From Heterodontus francisci (Eukaryota), in contig NC_090416.1 in assembly GCF_036365525.1 (NCBI RefSeq), positions 17,270,945 to 17,334,944 of the forward strand: a DNA stretch of 64,000 bases, in the 5' to 3' direction. The notes below the pieces were generated by a model that saw nothing but the letters and a program-made list of their open reading frames with translations, did not search any database and had not been told where the DNA came from. How positions within the stretch are numbered: position 1 is the stretch's first letter; each line of letters opens with the position of its first letter. Shown here one piece after another: positions 12,142 through 26,800 of this stretch. The translations under genes and the position numbers were made by a program.

Positions 12142-12147
12142 TTTATT
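12142..12147 (-). terminator. Candidate distal poly(A) signal (AATAAA) for RPRD2
   Basis: Minus-strand AATAAA followed by T/GT-rich sequence, at the edge where the repeat-poor block ends. Confidence 0.35.
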
Positions 12148-14117
12148 TCAATGTGAGAACAGAGCTACTTTGATCCAACATCAACACTGATATATATGCT
12201 CAAAGTGTATGTTCTGCTACTTCCAACTATCTTTTTCAAGAAAGTAAACATTTGCAATGGTATAAACGATGCAGTGGTGACTGCGACACAGGACATGCAG
12301 TTAGGAAAGTATCCCAGTCCTCAGTAACTCGTTGACTTAAATTACAAATATCAAACGTTCACAATTTATTCCCCCCTCCAAATTCTAACCAGCAATGGGA
12401 TTCCTTTATCAAAATTATAATTAATTTTGAACATATGCCAAGCTTTTTATTTTTGCTTTAGAACTGCAAAAAAATTAATTACACCTTTTTCTGTGACATT
12501 CATTCTCGATTATGACATCAGTTTTGCAGCCAGTATAAATTTCAGTTCTTTTTGAGCTGTCATTAACATCAGTATATCTTTGATTGAGGCTACAGGACAT
12601 ATAATTAAAAATATATAGACAGTAAGGAGCATTGAAAGACTGTAATATAACCTTGAAGCTCAGGTTCAGTAGTGCAATTGTTATGATACAGAACAAGAAA
12701 TGCACAGAAGTTGTGTGTTTAAATGCTACCATTACAAAATTGAATGTGATAAATCTGGTTTGTTCCAGAAAAGTAAACATGAAAGCTGGTGGATTGTTGT
12801 AAAAGCCCAATTGGTTCAATGATACCTGGCCAATATGTGGCTGATTCCCAATGCCCTTGGGAAAACTGGGGATAGGCAATAAATGTAGCCATGCTGGTGT
12901 TGTCCACATGCCAAGCATTTTACAAAAGAATGAAGGACCCAAGATTTGATCAAGTCATTTGCAATGTTGGAACCACAAGATTAAATTTCAGCTTTCTAAT
13001 GACCAACCATCCATACTTCACACTATATATCTACAAACATATAATATACATACATACACACACACACACAAAATTTTATTGCCAACATGTTAGATTATGG
13101 AAACACTGGATTATAGCCACATGTATTGTTCCATGTTGGTTGGGGGGGGGGGGGGGGGCTGCACATTTAAAACCAAAAAAAAGTTCCAAAATTCCCTTTT
13201 GCATAATAAACTGCAAATCAGGTTATTTCCCATGTGACCCTGTAATTTTGAACCTTCCCTATTGCCAAGAAAATTAAATGGAATATTTGTCAGATTTATT
13301 TTAAAAATTGCATGATAATGGCCAAGTGCAGAATTAAAAGCAACACACAATTCATCAAGATGGCTTGTGATAATGTATCTATGAAAATTACCTGATTTAC
13401 AGTAGTTGTACTTGAGCTATTTACCCTCTCCCTTCATTCCCAGTGATGGACAGTGGTCATGGTTATATTGGCAATTTAACTGTACAGCTGAGGGTATCTT
13501 TGGCCAACGCTCAGGGTCATTAAATACTGTTGGTGTTCCTATATGTTACAAACTTACTTCAAATTAACCTGCCACATGATAATGCCCATAAAATGCAGGG
13601 CAATGACAAAGCCAATGCAGACATTACCCGAGAGGGGTAGTGGACAGATTTTTAGATGAAAACATTTCTACCAAAGTCTCATGTTCCTGGGAACATAATC
13701 ATTCCACAGGTCAGGTGAAATTCTCATTTATTTCTTCTGGTAAGAGTTAAAATCCACTTTTCTTAGGAAGCATGGATTCATATAAATAAATAAATAACTT
13801 TGTGTTTGCACACATCTAACATTCTGAGGTCTTAATCTCAGTCCTTCCAACTAGAGGTCAGGCAAGTGCACAAAGTTGGTTTGGAAGGGGGCAATTAAGT
13901 CATCTCTAGGTTACTCATGCTCATTTAAGTCCAGAAGCAGGAATTAGTCTGTCCATCAGCAACTTGACCACAGGCACTAATGGTGCCTGGCATGAAGCAA
14001 TTGGGGAGGAAAATGAAAAGGGTGAAAGATAAAATGGAGAGCAAGGAGAAGAATTAAAACGAGATATAAGGGTAAAAATAACAAAAGTGAAAGGCGTGGG
14101 GGAGGCAGGAATGAGGC

Positions 14118-14456
14118 TTTTGATTTGATTTGATTTAGAGATACAGCACTGAAACAGGCCCTTTGGCCCACCGAGTCTGTGCTGATCATTAACCACCCAT
14201 TTATACTAATCCTACACTAATCCCATATTCCTACCACATCCCCACCTGTCTCTATATTCCCCTACCACCTACCTATACTAGGGGCAATTTATAATGGCCA
14301 ATTAACCTATCAACCTGCAAGTCTTTTGGCTGTGGGAGGAAACCCACGCAGACACAGGGAGAACTTGCAAACTCCACACAGGCAGTACCCAGAATTGAAC
14401 CCGGGTCGCTGGAGCTGTGAGGCTGCGGTGCTAACTACTGCGCCACTGTGCCGCCC
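14118..14456 (-). mobile_element. tRNA-derived V-SINE (HE1-like), full length, (AATCA)n tail
   Basis: Head GGGCGGCACAGTGG..AGTAGTTAGCAC with A/B boxes and central V-domain-like core; near-identical to three other copies in the window. Confidence 0.85.
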
Positions 14457-17400
14457 ATCTTGATGAATTGTTTTCTCAACAAAGCAGAAAGAGGAGCATC
14501 TTGGATTCTGTTCAGAACAATTTACCCCCGTCTGTTTTAATCTCCAATTTGGAAAATTGAATATTTTCACACAAGAAATGCATATACAACGTTGTCGCCC
14601 CAACCTGTTTCAAGTTCATACTGTTGGTCAGGAGCAGCCTAGGAGCACCTTTCCTGTTGAATGTGATTCTCTGAAGGGGGTGAGGGTAACAATATAGCCT
14701 TCATGTGTTTCTTAAAAATAACTTTAACAAGTCGGACATTCATAAAAAATGATTTACTTTTTTTTTCTTTTGAGCCGTTTCTCCGTTTACTAATAGCAGC
14801 ATAGGTTTGGAAAAATTAATAGTTAATTGCAGATGGTTAACTGTTCCTATTTTTTCTTTGTAAAACTAGGGAAACTTCCTCTAATTACTGTCCTGAGCAA
14901 GATCTTTTAGAAAGCTTTTACAATTTCACCAGAAATAGCAAACATAGGAAATGTTCCCATTGTATTTAAAAGTATATCCAACAACCAGAGAAAATCTCCT
15001 TAGTCCTGGCTTTGAATTTACTGACACCCATTCAATCCCAGAATAACTATTTAAAATGTTAACTATGTAATAATTTTTCAATAAAATATAAATCAACACT
15101 AAAAATGTTCTTTAAATATTCCGGTTTCCTTCACGATGCCTGGTCATTAGTTGGTCTGAAGCAATAGTGAGCTTCTCATCACCACCACATGGCAGGAGGC
15201 AGCTAACCACATTCCCAGCTTCTGCTAGCTTTCTCCCAGCATCATCTGGTTATCAAAAGTTTCTCCCTCTCTCTCCAAATCAATCAATTTTGGTGTCACA
15301 CAATTATCGAGTTGAAACTCCAGAACAGCAGATTTGACGAAACAGCTAAGGCCTGCCACCTGGTTAACAAACTGTAAAATATTTCAGTTGACAAATTTCA
15401 ATCTCCAACCTAATGGGTCTCCAATGAATTGTCAATGGTACCCAAATTAATTCTCAACTTCCTTAGGTACTTATGACCTCCTTAATACTTAAAATATAGT
15501 AAGCAATAATTCATATTTATTAAAGTGCCTTTCCTCCCCCAGTCATCATGCACAATCTTGTAGTCAAGAACACATAAGGAAATATGTTTCTAGGTCTTGG
15601 TGGAACTCTAAAATTAAGCATGACGAAGTGCATAAAACAGACAATGCTACCATACAGCTAATATCTGCTCCCTGCTAAGAAACACCAGGGCTTCCGATTG
15701 ACAACTCCTGTGACTGAGAAACACAACCGACCATACTGGGAATCAATAGAGCAATACTACACACTATGGTATGCTATGGTACTCTGCCAATATACCACCT
15801 ATAAGCAGTTATAAAACAAATTTAAAAAATACTATTTTGTAATAGCAAGTACATGAAAAGATGCTCCAACAATTAGAAAGTGACACACTGGACAGAGAAT
15901 CTCCCAGCGATCAACTGTATATTATTGATCAATAAACCTGAGGTAATAGTGTTGGCCACTGAACATCTTGCAAGACACGAAGGGCATCAACTGTTGCTGA
16001 CTGCACAAATGAATGCTGCATCAGAATTAGCTATGAAGAGTAGATGGATGTTATAGCTCTAATGCAGAGAAAAGGGTTTGTGATTCAAGCCTGGAATTTT
16101 CAATGTGGCGTGGAAAGAGAATGGAGGAAGTGTCACCCAAATCTTCATGACAGGTAGCAAGTGTCATTGGCAGAGAGGCTTCCAGGCTTCCCTGTGTTTC
16201 TGACCAGAAAAGGTGTGTGACATAGGAAGTGCACAGAAGGAAAAATCGAAAAAGAACAGGCACCGGGAAGTGATTTCCAGGCTTTAACTTAATATCATGG
16301 CTCTAATAGGGCAGGGAACAAGAAAAATGAGACCTAAACCCTCTGCCATCACTTTATACATATTCCCTCTACTCTTTTAGAAATTTAGCCCAAGCTACAT
16401 GCAAGAAAGTTGGGCAGTCTGTATGGTCACCTACAGCCATGATGAAGGAAGTAATCAAGATTATGTAAGATTTTATGAATATACTTGACTCAATTACTTG
16501 GGACTGTATGATAGATACAAGCAGACTGGTCAGATCAACCTCATTAAGGTTTCCGTATCAGTTTTAAAAACTTTAGTAGTTTAACATTTAAATGAACTGA
16601 AATTCTTAATTTCTGAATAGGTTTGATTTCTGCCACACAGACAGTTCTGACCTTAACTTGGCCTCAAGCAGCTCTATAGAAATTACAAGTTTGCAAAATA
16701 CCTCCCCATGGGTCAGACATCATCAGAATGTAAATCCTGCCTTCAACTCAGAGTTGGAGTGAAAACCAGGAAAATAGGGCATGTAAGATGAATTAGAGGG
16801 AAAGTGGGAAAACTGGAAAGGCTAGGCATTAAACAATTCTTCAGAGTTATAATAGTCACATTCATACCAATATCTGTGTGCAATTTATCGAGCAGCACTG
16901 AATTGTGATATGTTTAAAAAGTCAAAAGGAGGTCAAAGTATTGTAGAAAGGTAATTACACAGCTGTAACTAGTTCCAAGACTTTACTCTGAATGTGCCCT
17001 GCCTTGAAAGGTTAGCAGTCATGGCAGAAAAGATGCAAAACAGCATAGTTGTCCTATGCATTTGCTCTAATGGAAACATAGCCTTCAATAGACAGGAGTC
17101 ATTTGTCCAGTAACGCTTAATGCAGAATAGACCAGAAATGCAGTAAGATAAGAACTTATCACAAACCAATTTTGAGAGCCATTGTTCACGGATTCTGGTG
17201 GCCTAATTTATCTGCCTTATAGAAGAAGCAAAAAAAAAAAAACTGGCAGGTGATGAGAATTATCCTATTATCTAAACAAACAGTTTTGTGACAAGGGTTG
17301 AATATGCAAGTGAACATTATGGACTGTTGTAGCTGTAAGCCCTGATAAGAGAAATAAATACCCTCCTGCAACCATTCTTGCTTAGATCACTGGGCTCCTC

Positions 17401-20400
17401 CAAAGAATATTTCAGTCCATTCAAGGAGTGCATTCAAGTACACTCAAGATTTGGCACACATTAAGACAAAAATTCTGCAAGCTTGGGTGGCAATGTAAGC
17501 TGGATAAAAAGTGCTAAGATAAGGACAATCAGCTTCTGAAACATGATATAAAATTTGGGGTGAGGAAGAGAAAAATAAATGATTAGTCCATCTGGCAGGA
17601 AAATGCCTTTTCAACGGCAAACTTAATGTAGCTAATTCAAAACTTGTGGCATAGTTTCAACGCCATGTTGAAATGATGGGCTTAACTAAACAGCCTTAGC
17701 TGTTCTCATCCTTGTAAGAAATTGAATATCTGAACTAAGGTAGAGATCCAACTTTCCATCCCCATGCAGAAATGTCTGTTCATTATTTTGCTTCAACCAC
17801 TAATATAGCAAGGTCCAAGAACATTCTTCATCCTCCCACAATTCATGGATCATTCTCTTTGCAATCTAGAATTACCCTTGAACGTTATTGGTAGGTTTTG
17901 TCTACCAATTTTAAGTTGCTTGGAAACATAATTCACCAATACTTTCTTGTAAAGGTTAAAGCAGTGTGCCAATGAGTTGAAGATACAAGTAAAGATTATG
18001 AACTACCCTCAAGCACAGAAAAAGGAATACACCAACAGGCACACTTGCTGACATTATGAAGCTCTGGGAAAATAGATCAAACATCTGCCAAGAAAGTTAA
18101 AGGCTTCAACAGATTCCTTCATTCTCTTGGTAAAAGCTACACAAGATAGGAGTAAACAAAATGGGAGTTCAAAGCCCATTAAGATCTCGATTGAATGCTC
18201 GAGCCACAAGTATCAATCCAAAGGACTCCTTTGACTGTTAAGTTGCAGAAATTCATCTGGCTTTTTCAAATTAAAATGTAGCAGCATTTTTAAAAAGTCC
18301 TTCCAGAAGTTTCTATTTGCTTGCATGTTGGTAAGGCTGTATATTTTATTTAAATAACATTTATTTTTAAATGAACGCCATCTCCATTATTTTAGTGAAG
18401 CTCAAAAGGGTCATGAGTTCATCCCTGCAGGCAGATTTGTGCAAACATCTCAGGACAAGCCCTTTTCAACTTTAGTAAGGAGCCTTCTGAGGAGCAATCA
18501 CTTCTCAGGGCATACATTCTATGGCTCCTGATACTAGATCAGTTCCATTTTGTAGACAAACAATTGCCTGGAAAAGATACTGATGGGGACTATGAATTTT
18601 CAATTTCATGTAAAAATGAAGTTTAACTTTGTGATGTTTGAAGATCTACGACTCAAACACGCTAACTTTCCATTCTCCCAACAAATCCTGGCTGTCATGT
18701 TGATTTCAAATGCTCACCCTTTTTCAAGGATCTTTTCAAACGGTAGTCAAAGTATCAACCTGAAAATTGAAATGGATCTTCAGAAAGAAAGTGCGTGGGT
18801 CTATCACCCAAAAGGATGACAGATAATAGTTATAAATAATCCTTAATAAATACTTGAGGCCAAAGTTCTGATCAATTAGACGACCAGTTTTCTGAGCCTC
18901 TTGATAGGAATATGGCTCCTTTCAAAGTTCAGCCAGAGGTTACTTCACAAAAATAGATTTGACAGTGAACTCATAACTCCCGTATTCCATACTGAAAAAT
19001 TGTTGGCAAATAATCACAGCCAAGATGAAAGATCCAGACTTGATGTCAAAATACTTTTCAATCTCCCTTCATGGAGCATCGAACAAGCCTGGACAACATG
19101 CACAACCAACACGGTTGAAAGACCTATTATTGAAGATGTCATAGTGACCTGCAGTTCCATTATTAGTGCATTCCTCCAATATGGACTGAACCATTAATCT
19201 GTAGTCTGAGAATATAGATGTAGAGATAGGTAGGTAGATAACTAGCAATTTTGTGCAAGGTACTATGCCTCTACACCCCACTTTAAATTTGCAAGATTGC
19301 TAAGAGTGAACAGTTGTTCAATGAAACAGGATCAAATTTGGATAGCCCTTTTGATATGGGCAATTTGTATTATATTCAGAACAAGAGGCTGGGTCAAAAA
19401 AGTATAAGTTACAGAAAAGGGTACCCCAATTTTATAATGTAAAAAGGAAGACATTTGTTGTCAAGGGAACAAAACACTTTGAAACAAAATGGCTGGTCAA
19501 CCTATGGAGCAAGAGGACTGCAAATCTACAATGTCACTGAACCCAAAGCCCAAGTTGGTAAAGTTGAATACCTAGGCAGATAGTTGTGCAAAACATTTAC
19601 GAAATGGAGATCCACACTGCGATAAAGACGAGTTGGCATCAGAATACCAGCAGAAAGTCCAGGTGTTGCTGACAGATTGTTCTTTACATCTTGTAGGAAT
19701 TGATGAGGGAATTTTCTTTAGTGAAACTAATTCAGCCCAAAATTGTAAACCTCAGTGCTGGGGAAAATCAAAGTTCCACACTGGAGTGCTAAGTATGGGA
19801 CAGCAGGCATAAGGCGGGGAACTACTTGCAGGGAACCTTGTATCTTGTTAAAATGAGCACATCCATCCATCAGCAAGGTAACAATTACCTAGAGGACTTT
19901 ATGTGGGGTGGTGGGGGGTGGTCTCTGAGCAGCAGATTGCAAAAGAATGCCACACAAGTGCAACCCCCATCCCTTTGTTCACAGAACCAGATGGCACATC
20001 ATATTTCAGGGAAAATGACTGAAGTGTGAGAGCATTTTTAATTTGCCAGTCAAATTCAGCACATTAAATCTAAAGATAGATCAGCTTCAAAAGGAAATGG
20101 TAATTTGAACCCTTCTTAATTACAGCTTCACATTGGCTCCTTGGAGACATTAGTTGGAATCAAGTATTTTTAAGTTTCTTCTCCCATTCTTAAAATGCCA
20201 ACCACAAAAGGCAAATGGTAAAGCTTTGTTCAACCAAAGTTCACAGTGGCATGTTATGTATTATTTGATGAAGCAGCTGAATGTGTGCAGCAGCATGAAA
20301 ATAGAGTCAGTAAAACATAGATCATGTGCAACACTTTGGTTGGTTTCCTGAACAAATATGTAGTAGTGACTCTGATGTCAAGTTAGTACCAAATTTTTTT

Positions 20401-21495
20401 GATCACGTGCAGCAAAACATCAAAATGGTTTCTGCAGTTCTTACTGACCCCAATTACCCCATTATTCAGATCTTCAGCAAAGACCTTGCTACTGATTTCA
20501 ACCCAATGGGAGTTACTTCCAGAGTTCACAAAATGATTACTTATAATGCCCTGGTTACCCAGGTTCCTATTATCTGGTTCCCCCCCCCCCGCCACAAGCA
20601 ACTGTTTTCAGCGGTTGGACATGTATGAGCAGAAGAATGTTCCCATGCAGAAAATCTGTGATCTTGGGCTTCTTCGCAATGATTACATCACACCGCCCTC
20701 TCTCACTGCACAGTGCACTTTCTACCAGGTTAAACATGGGTTAACCTTTTGCCCACTTGAGGTGGGATGCTATTTCTCAGTTGAGAACTTTCAAAGATCC
20801 CAAACAAGCATATAATGTCACTGATGACATGACAGTAATGATTCAAATCAGTGGCCACAACCCTATTAAATGGATTGTAAAACAATTATGATGGTGCCTA
20901 GAATCTGAAGCCTTGATTTTTTTTTAAAGATTCTTTTCTGCTGTTAAATGTTGCTAAGCTTGTTCCTTCAGGCTGAAGGCCAATGCTAGCTGAGCATCTA
21001 GGCCACACATTTTTCACTGCTGTTACTCCATAACTGTAGAGCAGTGCTGCACTTGTTCAGCAGCATATGACCAACCTGGGCAATGGCATTTTGCTTTATC
21101 TTCCCCCACAACAATGGGCTGTACACTGTACTGTCACATGGAGTAGCAACTAGTGAGACCCAGTCAACAAATGGCAAACTTGCCCAATAAGGGCTGGTGG
21201 GCTCAAATTCAAGTCAAGGCTGCAAATCAACTCACAACCCTTGGATTAGGAACACTGTACTTCATTTTAAGATGTACCAGGATACCTCGTCAGTTTTAAT
21301 ATGTATCTGTACATTAGGCAGGGGGGAAAAAAAAAATACTACAACATTGAGCCAAATGCAGACAAAGCAAATTTATACAGATCTTCAGGAAACAGATTTC
21401 ACCGGCCTCTCCCACTCAAGTAACGTTCAAGGTTCATTGCTTGTGGCAAAATGCTGAATCCTTATTCATATCAAAAAAGAATTAGACTAGTTTTT

Positions 21496-21501
21496 TTTAT
21501 T
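21496..21501 (-). terminator. Candidate proximal poly(A) signal (AATAAA) for RPRD2
   Basis: tttatt on the plus strand about 2.4 kb after the stop codon, with T-rich downstream sequence on the minus strand. An ATTAAA also lies at 21905-21910. Confidence 0.4.
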
Positions 21502-23868
21502 AAAGTAATTACAGGTCATTTTCAAAAGCATTTCAGTTTTCTCTCTAAAAGCAGGCAAAACTCAGTTTGACTGTTTCCAACACATATAGTGAAGACATCT
21601 CAATCTAAGTGCGTTAACTAGACGACATATTTACAGAAGTATGGTTCTGTTTGGAAACCACTGGATCTATAAAGTTACCCTTTCCCTCCAGTGAAGTTAC
21701 ATTCACATGAAAAACAGCACAGAGAAGTGGTGACAGATCAGCACAGTTATACAACTTAGCTCCAGCAGCGCAACTTGAAAGGGATCTTCACAGCTTAAAC
21801 TTCACACTGCATCCAAATTTCATATCTATTGTGTAGAATTAATAAAAATTGCTAAATGCTTACAAACTCTTCAGAAAAATAAATGGAGAACTTGATCTTC
21901 ACTTTTTAATTCAGGAAACAAAAAAGGTTTTTTTCTTCGTTCTTGCTAGATACAACATTTTACATTTCATCTGGGAGCAACCATCAAGTAAGAGTGTTTG
22001 TGTGTGTGTGTATATCCACGTATAGATATATTTTTCAAAAAAAGTCAAAACTCAGTTACTAATAGCGATTCAGTCTTCAGTATCAGCATGAACTGGACTG
22101 TATGGAACCAAGTCTGGTTACACTGTATCCACCTCGATTCATTTTATTTCTTCAATTACCTTCAATTAAGCAAAAACAAGCTCTGAAACAGACTGCTTAT
22201 AAAAGTCACTGTTTTACAAAGCTGTTCCAGTCACTGCGTGGTGTTGTTTCTCCCTTCCCCAAACCCCCTCCCATTCCCTTTCCTCACTTCCCCTCTATTT
22301 CTTTAAATATATAAAGAGAACAAGTGTTATTCAGCAAGGCGCTTCTCCAGGTCAAGCAAGTCAGTTTGACAAAACACTTACTGGTACAGAATGAGTCAAA
22401 GAAAAGGGCAAACAGAAGCACACTAGGTAGCTTAACAGCTGATTAGCAGCCTTGGGATAGAAATAAGCAAATACTTTTAACAAGTTGCACAAAATTAGGT
22501 TTTATGTGACCTCCTAGTATCAGTGGTTGATCAGTCTATTATAAAAAGCCCATAATATGCCCAAGGAACATTCATTCAAAAGGAGTTACCATATTTTTGT
22601 AGACCAATGAAATGAATCAATTTTTTTTACTACACTGCCATTAGAAACACTGCAAATCTGAGGCCTGGTAGCGTAACAGTCCACAGGTTCCAGTCCTGCC
22701 CACTATGCTTTTAATCTTCTTGCCTTGATTGCTGGGAGTCTCGTTAGGTTCTCAGCCAGGTTACTAGATGGAGCATCTTCCACCATTCCCACTTCTGGGA
22801 AGGACAAAGAGGACAGTGCACCTCTCATTGAACCATAAGCTTGCCTGCCTTCTCCTTGGCCTCTTAACGAGCAGCACTGGTATTGCCAAGGGGAAGACGC
22901 TCCATCCTTGTGGCTGAAGGAGGTGCTGTGGAGAAAAAATTAAAATGGCGTGGGAGAAGCAGGGGAAGCTTACATTTTTTTTAAAAAAAACTTCCTACAT
23001 CAAAGAATCATACAATCCACCCAAGGACTGATTTCAATATTCAGCTAAGTAGCTGAAGCTGCACACATCCATGTATTTTATTTAAAAAAAAAAAGAGTAT
23101 TGGCACAAGGAACAATCCCCCACTGTGTAGGCAATGGATTGTAAACGTTAACACCTCCCTGGCCACACATGCCCGCTGAAGTCGTCTGATGCAAGCAACA
23201 TGCGACCCTCTACAAGTGGATGGCGATCATCACACAAACCAAAAACAGTGTGATGTCAGGTTTTTAGAAGTCTGGCAATGAAACGTGACTATACAGCAGT
23301 AATTAGGGGGCATTTTCGCAAACACTTTCAATGACGACAGAGACATTTGCCATTTGTGTTTAACCACATTTTTTCCTCCACAACTGGTACAAAAGTAAAA
23401 CTGTAATTAAAAACAACAAAACACAAAATAGCAAAGGGTCTGGAGAGAAGCTACAGCATCTTAAGACTGTATTTGTCGATTTTTGCATCAATATAAAAGT
23501 TTTTACTTTGTGTAAAAGTAGATGGTTGTCTAGCTCCAAGTAAGATTTCAATGCTTCACTGAAGTTTCAAAGCACTTTTGATGGAAACTTGTGCAGTAGT
23601 TTGTAATGACACTGTAGTGAAAAGTTAACCTTACATATACCTTTGACCTAGCACAGCAGGTCTGCTTTGGAAAGGGCAGATGGAAGAATGGGAGAGGAAC
23701 CAAGAGGGAGAACAGACTAGGACACAAAAGACATGTCAATGACCTATAAGCACCATGCTGAACTTCTGCTGCTACGACCACAGAGTTGCTCAGTGAGCAA
23801 GGGTCAGAGATGAAGTTTCAAATAACTCCCAATACAGAACATTCATGTTTGTCTACAGTTTCTCCTTT

Positions 23869-26800
23869 TCAGTACCGAGGCGGCATATATGGTCGTTTAG
23901 GAGCGGTGGAATAAGGAGGGCTTCCAAATGGCAGGCCAGGTCGTTTTCCACTTTGAAAAGATTCTCGAGGCCTGAAGGACCCTCTGAAGTCTCTCTGAAA
24001 GAATCTACCAGGACCACTGTAGTCTCGCTGGGGGGTATAGGAGTGCCCATAGTAATCTCTTGGCGACCTTTGCATTGGAGGCCTACTGGGTAAACCAAGG
24101 AAGTCTCTTGGAGGACATGGGAGTAAGCCAAGGAGCTCTCTTGGGGGTCCAGCTAATGGGCCAAGGAGGTCTCTTGGAGATCCAGGTAAAGGACCAAGCA
24201 CATCCTGTGGAGGATGGACAGGAGGTGGGCCAAGCTGATCCCTTGGAGGAGGGCCGGGAGGTGGGACGAGGTGATCCTGTGGAAGGGTGCCAGGAGGTGG
24301 TCCAAGAACATCCCGTGGAGGAGGACCAGGAGGAGGACCAGGAGGGGGAATAGGAGGGGGACCAGGAGGTGGACCAAGGTGATCCCGTGGAGGAGGGCCA
24401 GGAGGTGGCACAGGGGGACCAGGAGGAGGTCCAAGATGATCCAGTGGTGGGGGACCTAGGTGATCCCTTGGAGGGGGACCAGGTGGTAGACCAGGACCAA
24501 AGCGGTCAGGCGGAGGCCCAGAGGGTGGCCCAATGTGGTCAACTGGGGTTCCAGGTGGGGGTGGTGGTGGTCCAACGTGATCCCGTGGTGGCCCAATCTG
24601 CTCATGGGTAGAACCAGGAGGTGGACCACTGTGGTCTTGAGGAGGACCAGGGAATGAACCATGGTCTCTTAGAGAGCCTGATGAGACACCCATATGGTCC
24701 TGTGGTGGAACAGGAGGGCCTAAATGGTCGTGAGAAACAGGAGGCGGACCTGGCGGTAGACCTATGTGATCTCGTGGGGGTACAGGTGGAAGTCCAATAT
24801 CCCGCAAGGGAACAGGAGGAGGTCCGATGTGATCTTGTGGGGGGCATGGGGCAAGTACGTGATCTGGAGGAGGACCGGGTGGGTGACCAATGTGGTCTCG
24901 GGTTGGAACAGGGGGTGGCCCAATATGATCGTGCAGCGAACCAGGAGGAAGTCCAATCTGTTGAGTCTGCCTTTCAAAGGGGGTGTTAAAGCTGTTGGAT
25001 CTAAAGCTACTTGAAGTGTCTGGGAACTGGAGTCTGTGCTCTTCAAACTGGTTTCTAAAACTGGGAGGAACACCTTGATTCATCTCAGAAACATCAATAG
25101 AGGATGATTCATCTTCAAAGTCTGAAATGCTTTCACTCTGCTCAAACCAACTGCTCCTAGACCCCCCTCTCCCATTGCCTCTGCCTGACCCTCGGCTGGA
25201 GTCCAGGGTCTGAATGGGTTCCCCAAACATCAGCCTCCCAGCTGATGGGGTGCTGGAACCTAGTGTCTCTATGGGGGCTCCTTTTTCCTCTATGCTCTCA
25301 GTTAAATCGGATGTAGATATACGAGTCTCTATACAATGCTGTTCTTCATCCGCATTCTCCGCAATCCCAGATTGTCCAAAAACTGATAGGTTCCCTTTCT
25401 CACTCATGCCTCCTGTTGGAGCAGGACTAATGGGGCTTTCTAAAGGTTTGTCATCAGTAGGTCTACGAGAGGCATTTTTTAACATGTTTTTAAACTCTAT
25501 GGTTGAAGTGGCAGAGACAGGAGAGCCTAGCGATACAGCTTTTTCTATGCTGGTGACAGATGTGCGGCTAAAAGAAACAGGTGCAGCACTTTGTGATGAG
25601 GAAGGCTGTCGGGAAGGGACAGAACACAGAGAGTCAGAAAATACTTTCTGAAGTTGCCCTGTGTGAGATAAATCTGAGTAAGAGGGCTGTAATATGATGT
25701 TATTAGACTCTGAGCGGAAGAACTGATTGTTTTGACCAGGTGAAGGCAGGTTCTCATGCTCAACTCCCTGATCATCCCCATACCCTCTGCTACTATTTGA
25801 CCTACTGCCATAAGCTTCCTGCTTTTTAAGGATGGATTTCATGGGCTTGGAGAACACAGACTTTAGCCGACTGTAACTGGTGGAAATGGACTGGTATTCA
25901 TTGGGACTCTGTATCTGATCTGGTTTATTTGATTTGAGAATCGATTTCGGGGGCTGCTTCATCAAATTGGAAACGGAGGAAGGAGGTGGTCCAGCGTAGT
26001 CAAAGTCGGTGCAGGATTCACCTGGATAAAATTGTTCTTCAGGGGAATCTCTGTGGGGAGAAGATTCTTCCCACATCTCTGAGGATTTGAAGGAGGAAGG
26101 AAATGGACCCCTTCCACGGTTGTATGAAGCGTCGCTTTGGTAAGAAGGCACTGTATTGGAAATCTCTGAGTAACCAGAATCTCTGTTTTGTGGGAGTGAA
26201 AGTGGGGGGGAGATTGTGCTGCTGGTTGAAGAGGATGGTGGGCTGATTAGCTTAGACAGTAAGGACATTGGATCAATTGTGCCTGTGGTTGCTGGTTTGT
26301 CCATTATTTCATCCTGGGTCGGAGTTCCACCTCGCTCATCTCTGACTGGCGTGCCATCCTGGTTGTCTAGTATAGTACTGCTGGGATTACGATTTCCTTC
26401 TGATGGCTGCAGGAGACTCTTAGAGTCACTGGAGCCCAAATTGCTCAGAAGAGGGATATTAAGATCTAAAGCCTTAAATCCTGGATTAACCTTCAGAAAG
26501 TTGTGAATTTTCAACTCCAAACTTGATGGTGAGGATGGCTCTGCCTCTGTTTCAGCTGTGACTGCCTCAGTGGACGCCTTCTGACTGGTCAAGCTTTCCC
26601 TTGATCCAGAGGTGGTACTGCGAAGGGAGCTTTCGAGCACTGTAGTGTTGGCTGGTGCCTTCAGGCTTGTGTTGGACAGAGCAGGACTATGGTTTACTGG
26701 GGCTGAGTTCACTGAAGAACCAGAGGAAACTTCTGATGCAGGTGAATTTGGAGAGCAACCAATAAGCCCTTGGATCAAAGACTGAGTGCTGGCATTAATA

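Noticed and set aside
15000-21500. Short ORFs of 60-100 aa that might belong to a decayed gene or endogenous virus
   Set aside because: I recognise no motifs in the ORF track and found no consistent exon chain. A TBLASTX search would be needed to exclude this fully.
24060-24945. Periodic GGAGGACC/GATC nucleotide repeats that could suggest a CRISPR-like array
   Set aside because: The units are degenerate, variable in length and explained by in-frame peptide repeats in a vertebrate exon.
23845-26506. Many overlapping alternate-frame and antisense ORFs (for example 24060..24353, 24621..24989, 25214..25651)
   Set aside because: They are shadows of the Pro/Ser-rich RPRD2 terminal exon, with no independent start context or recognisable domain.
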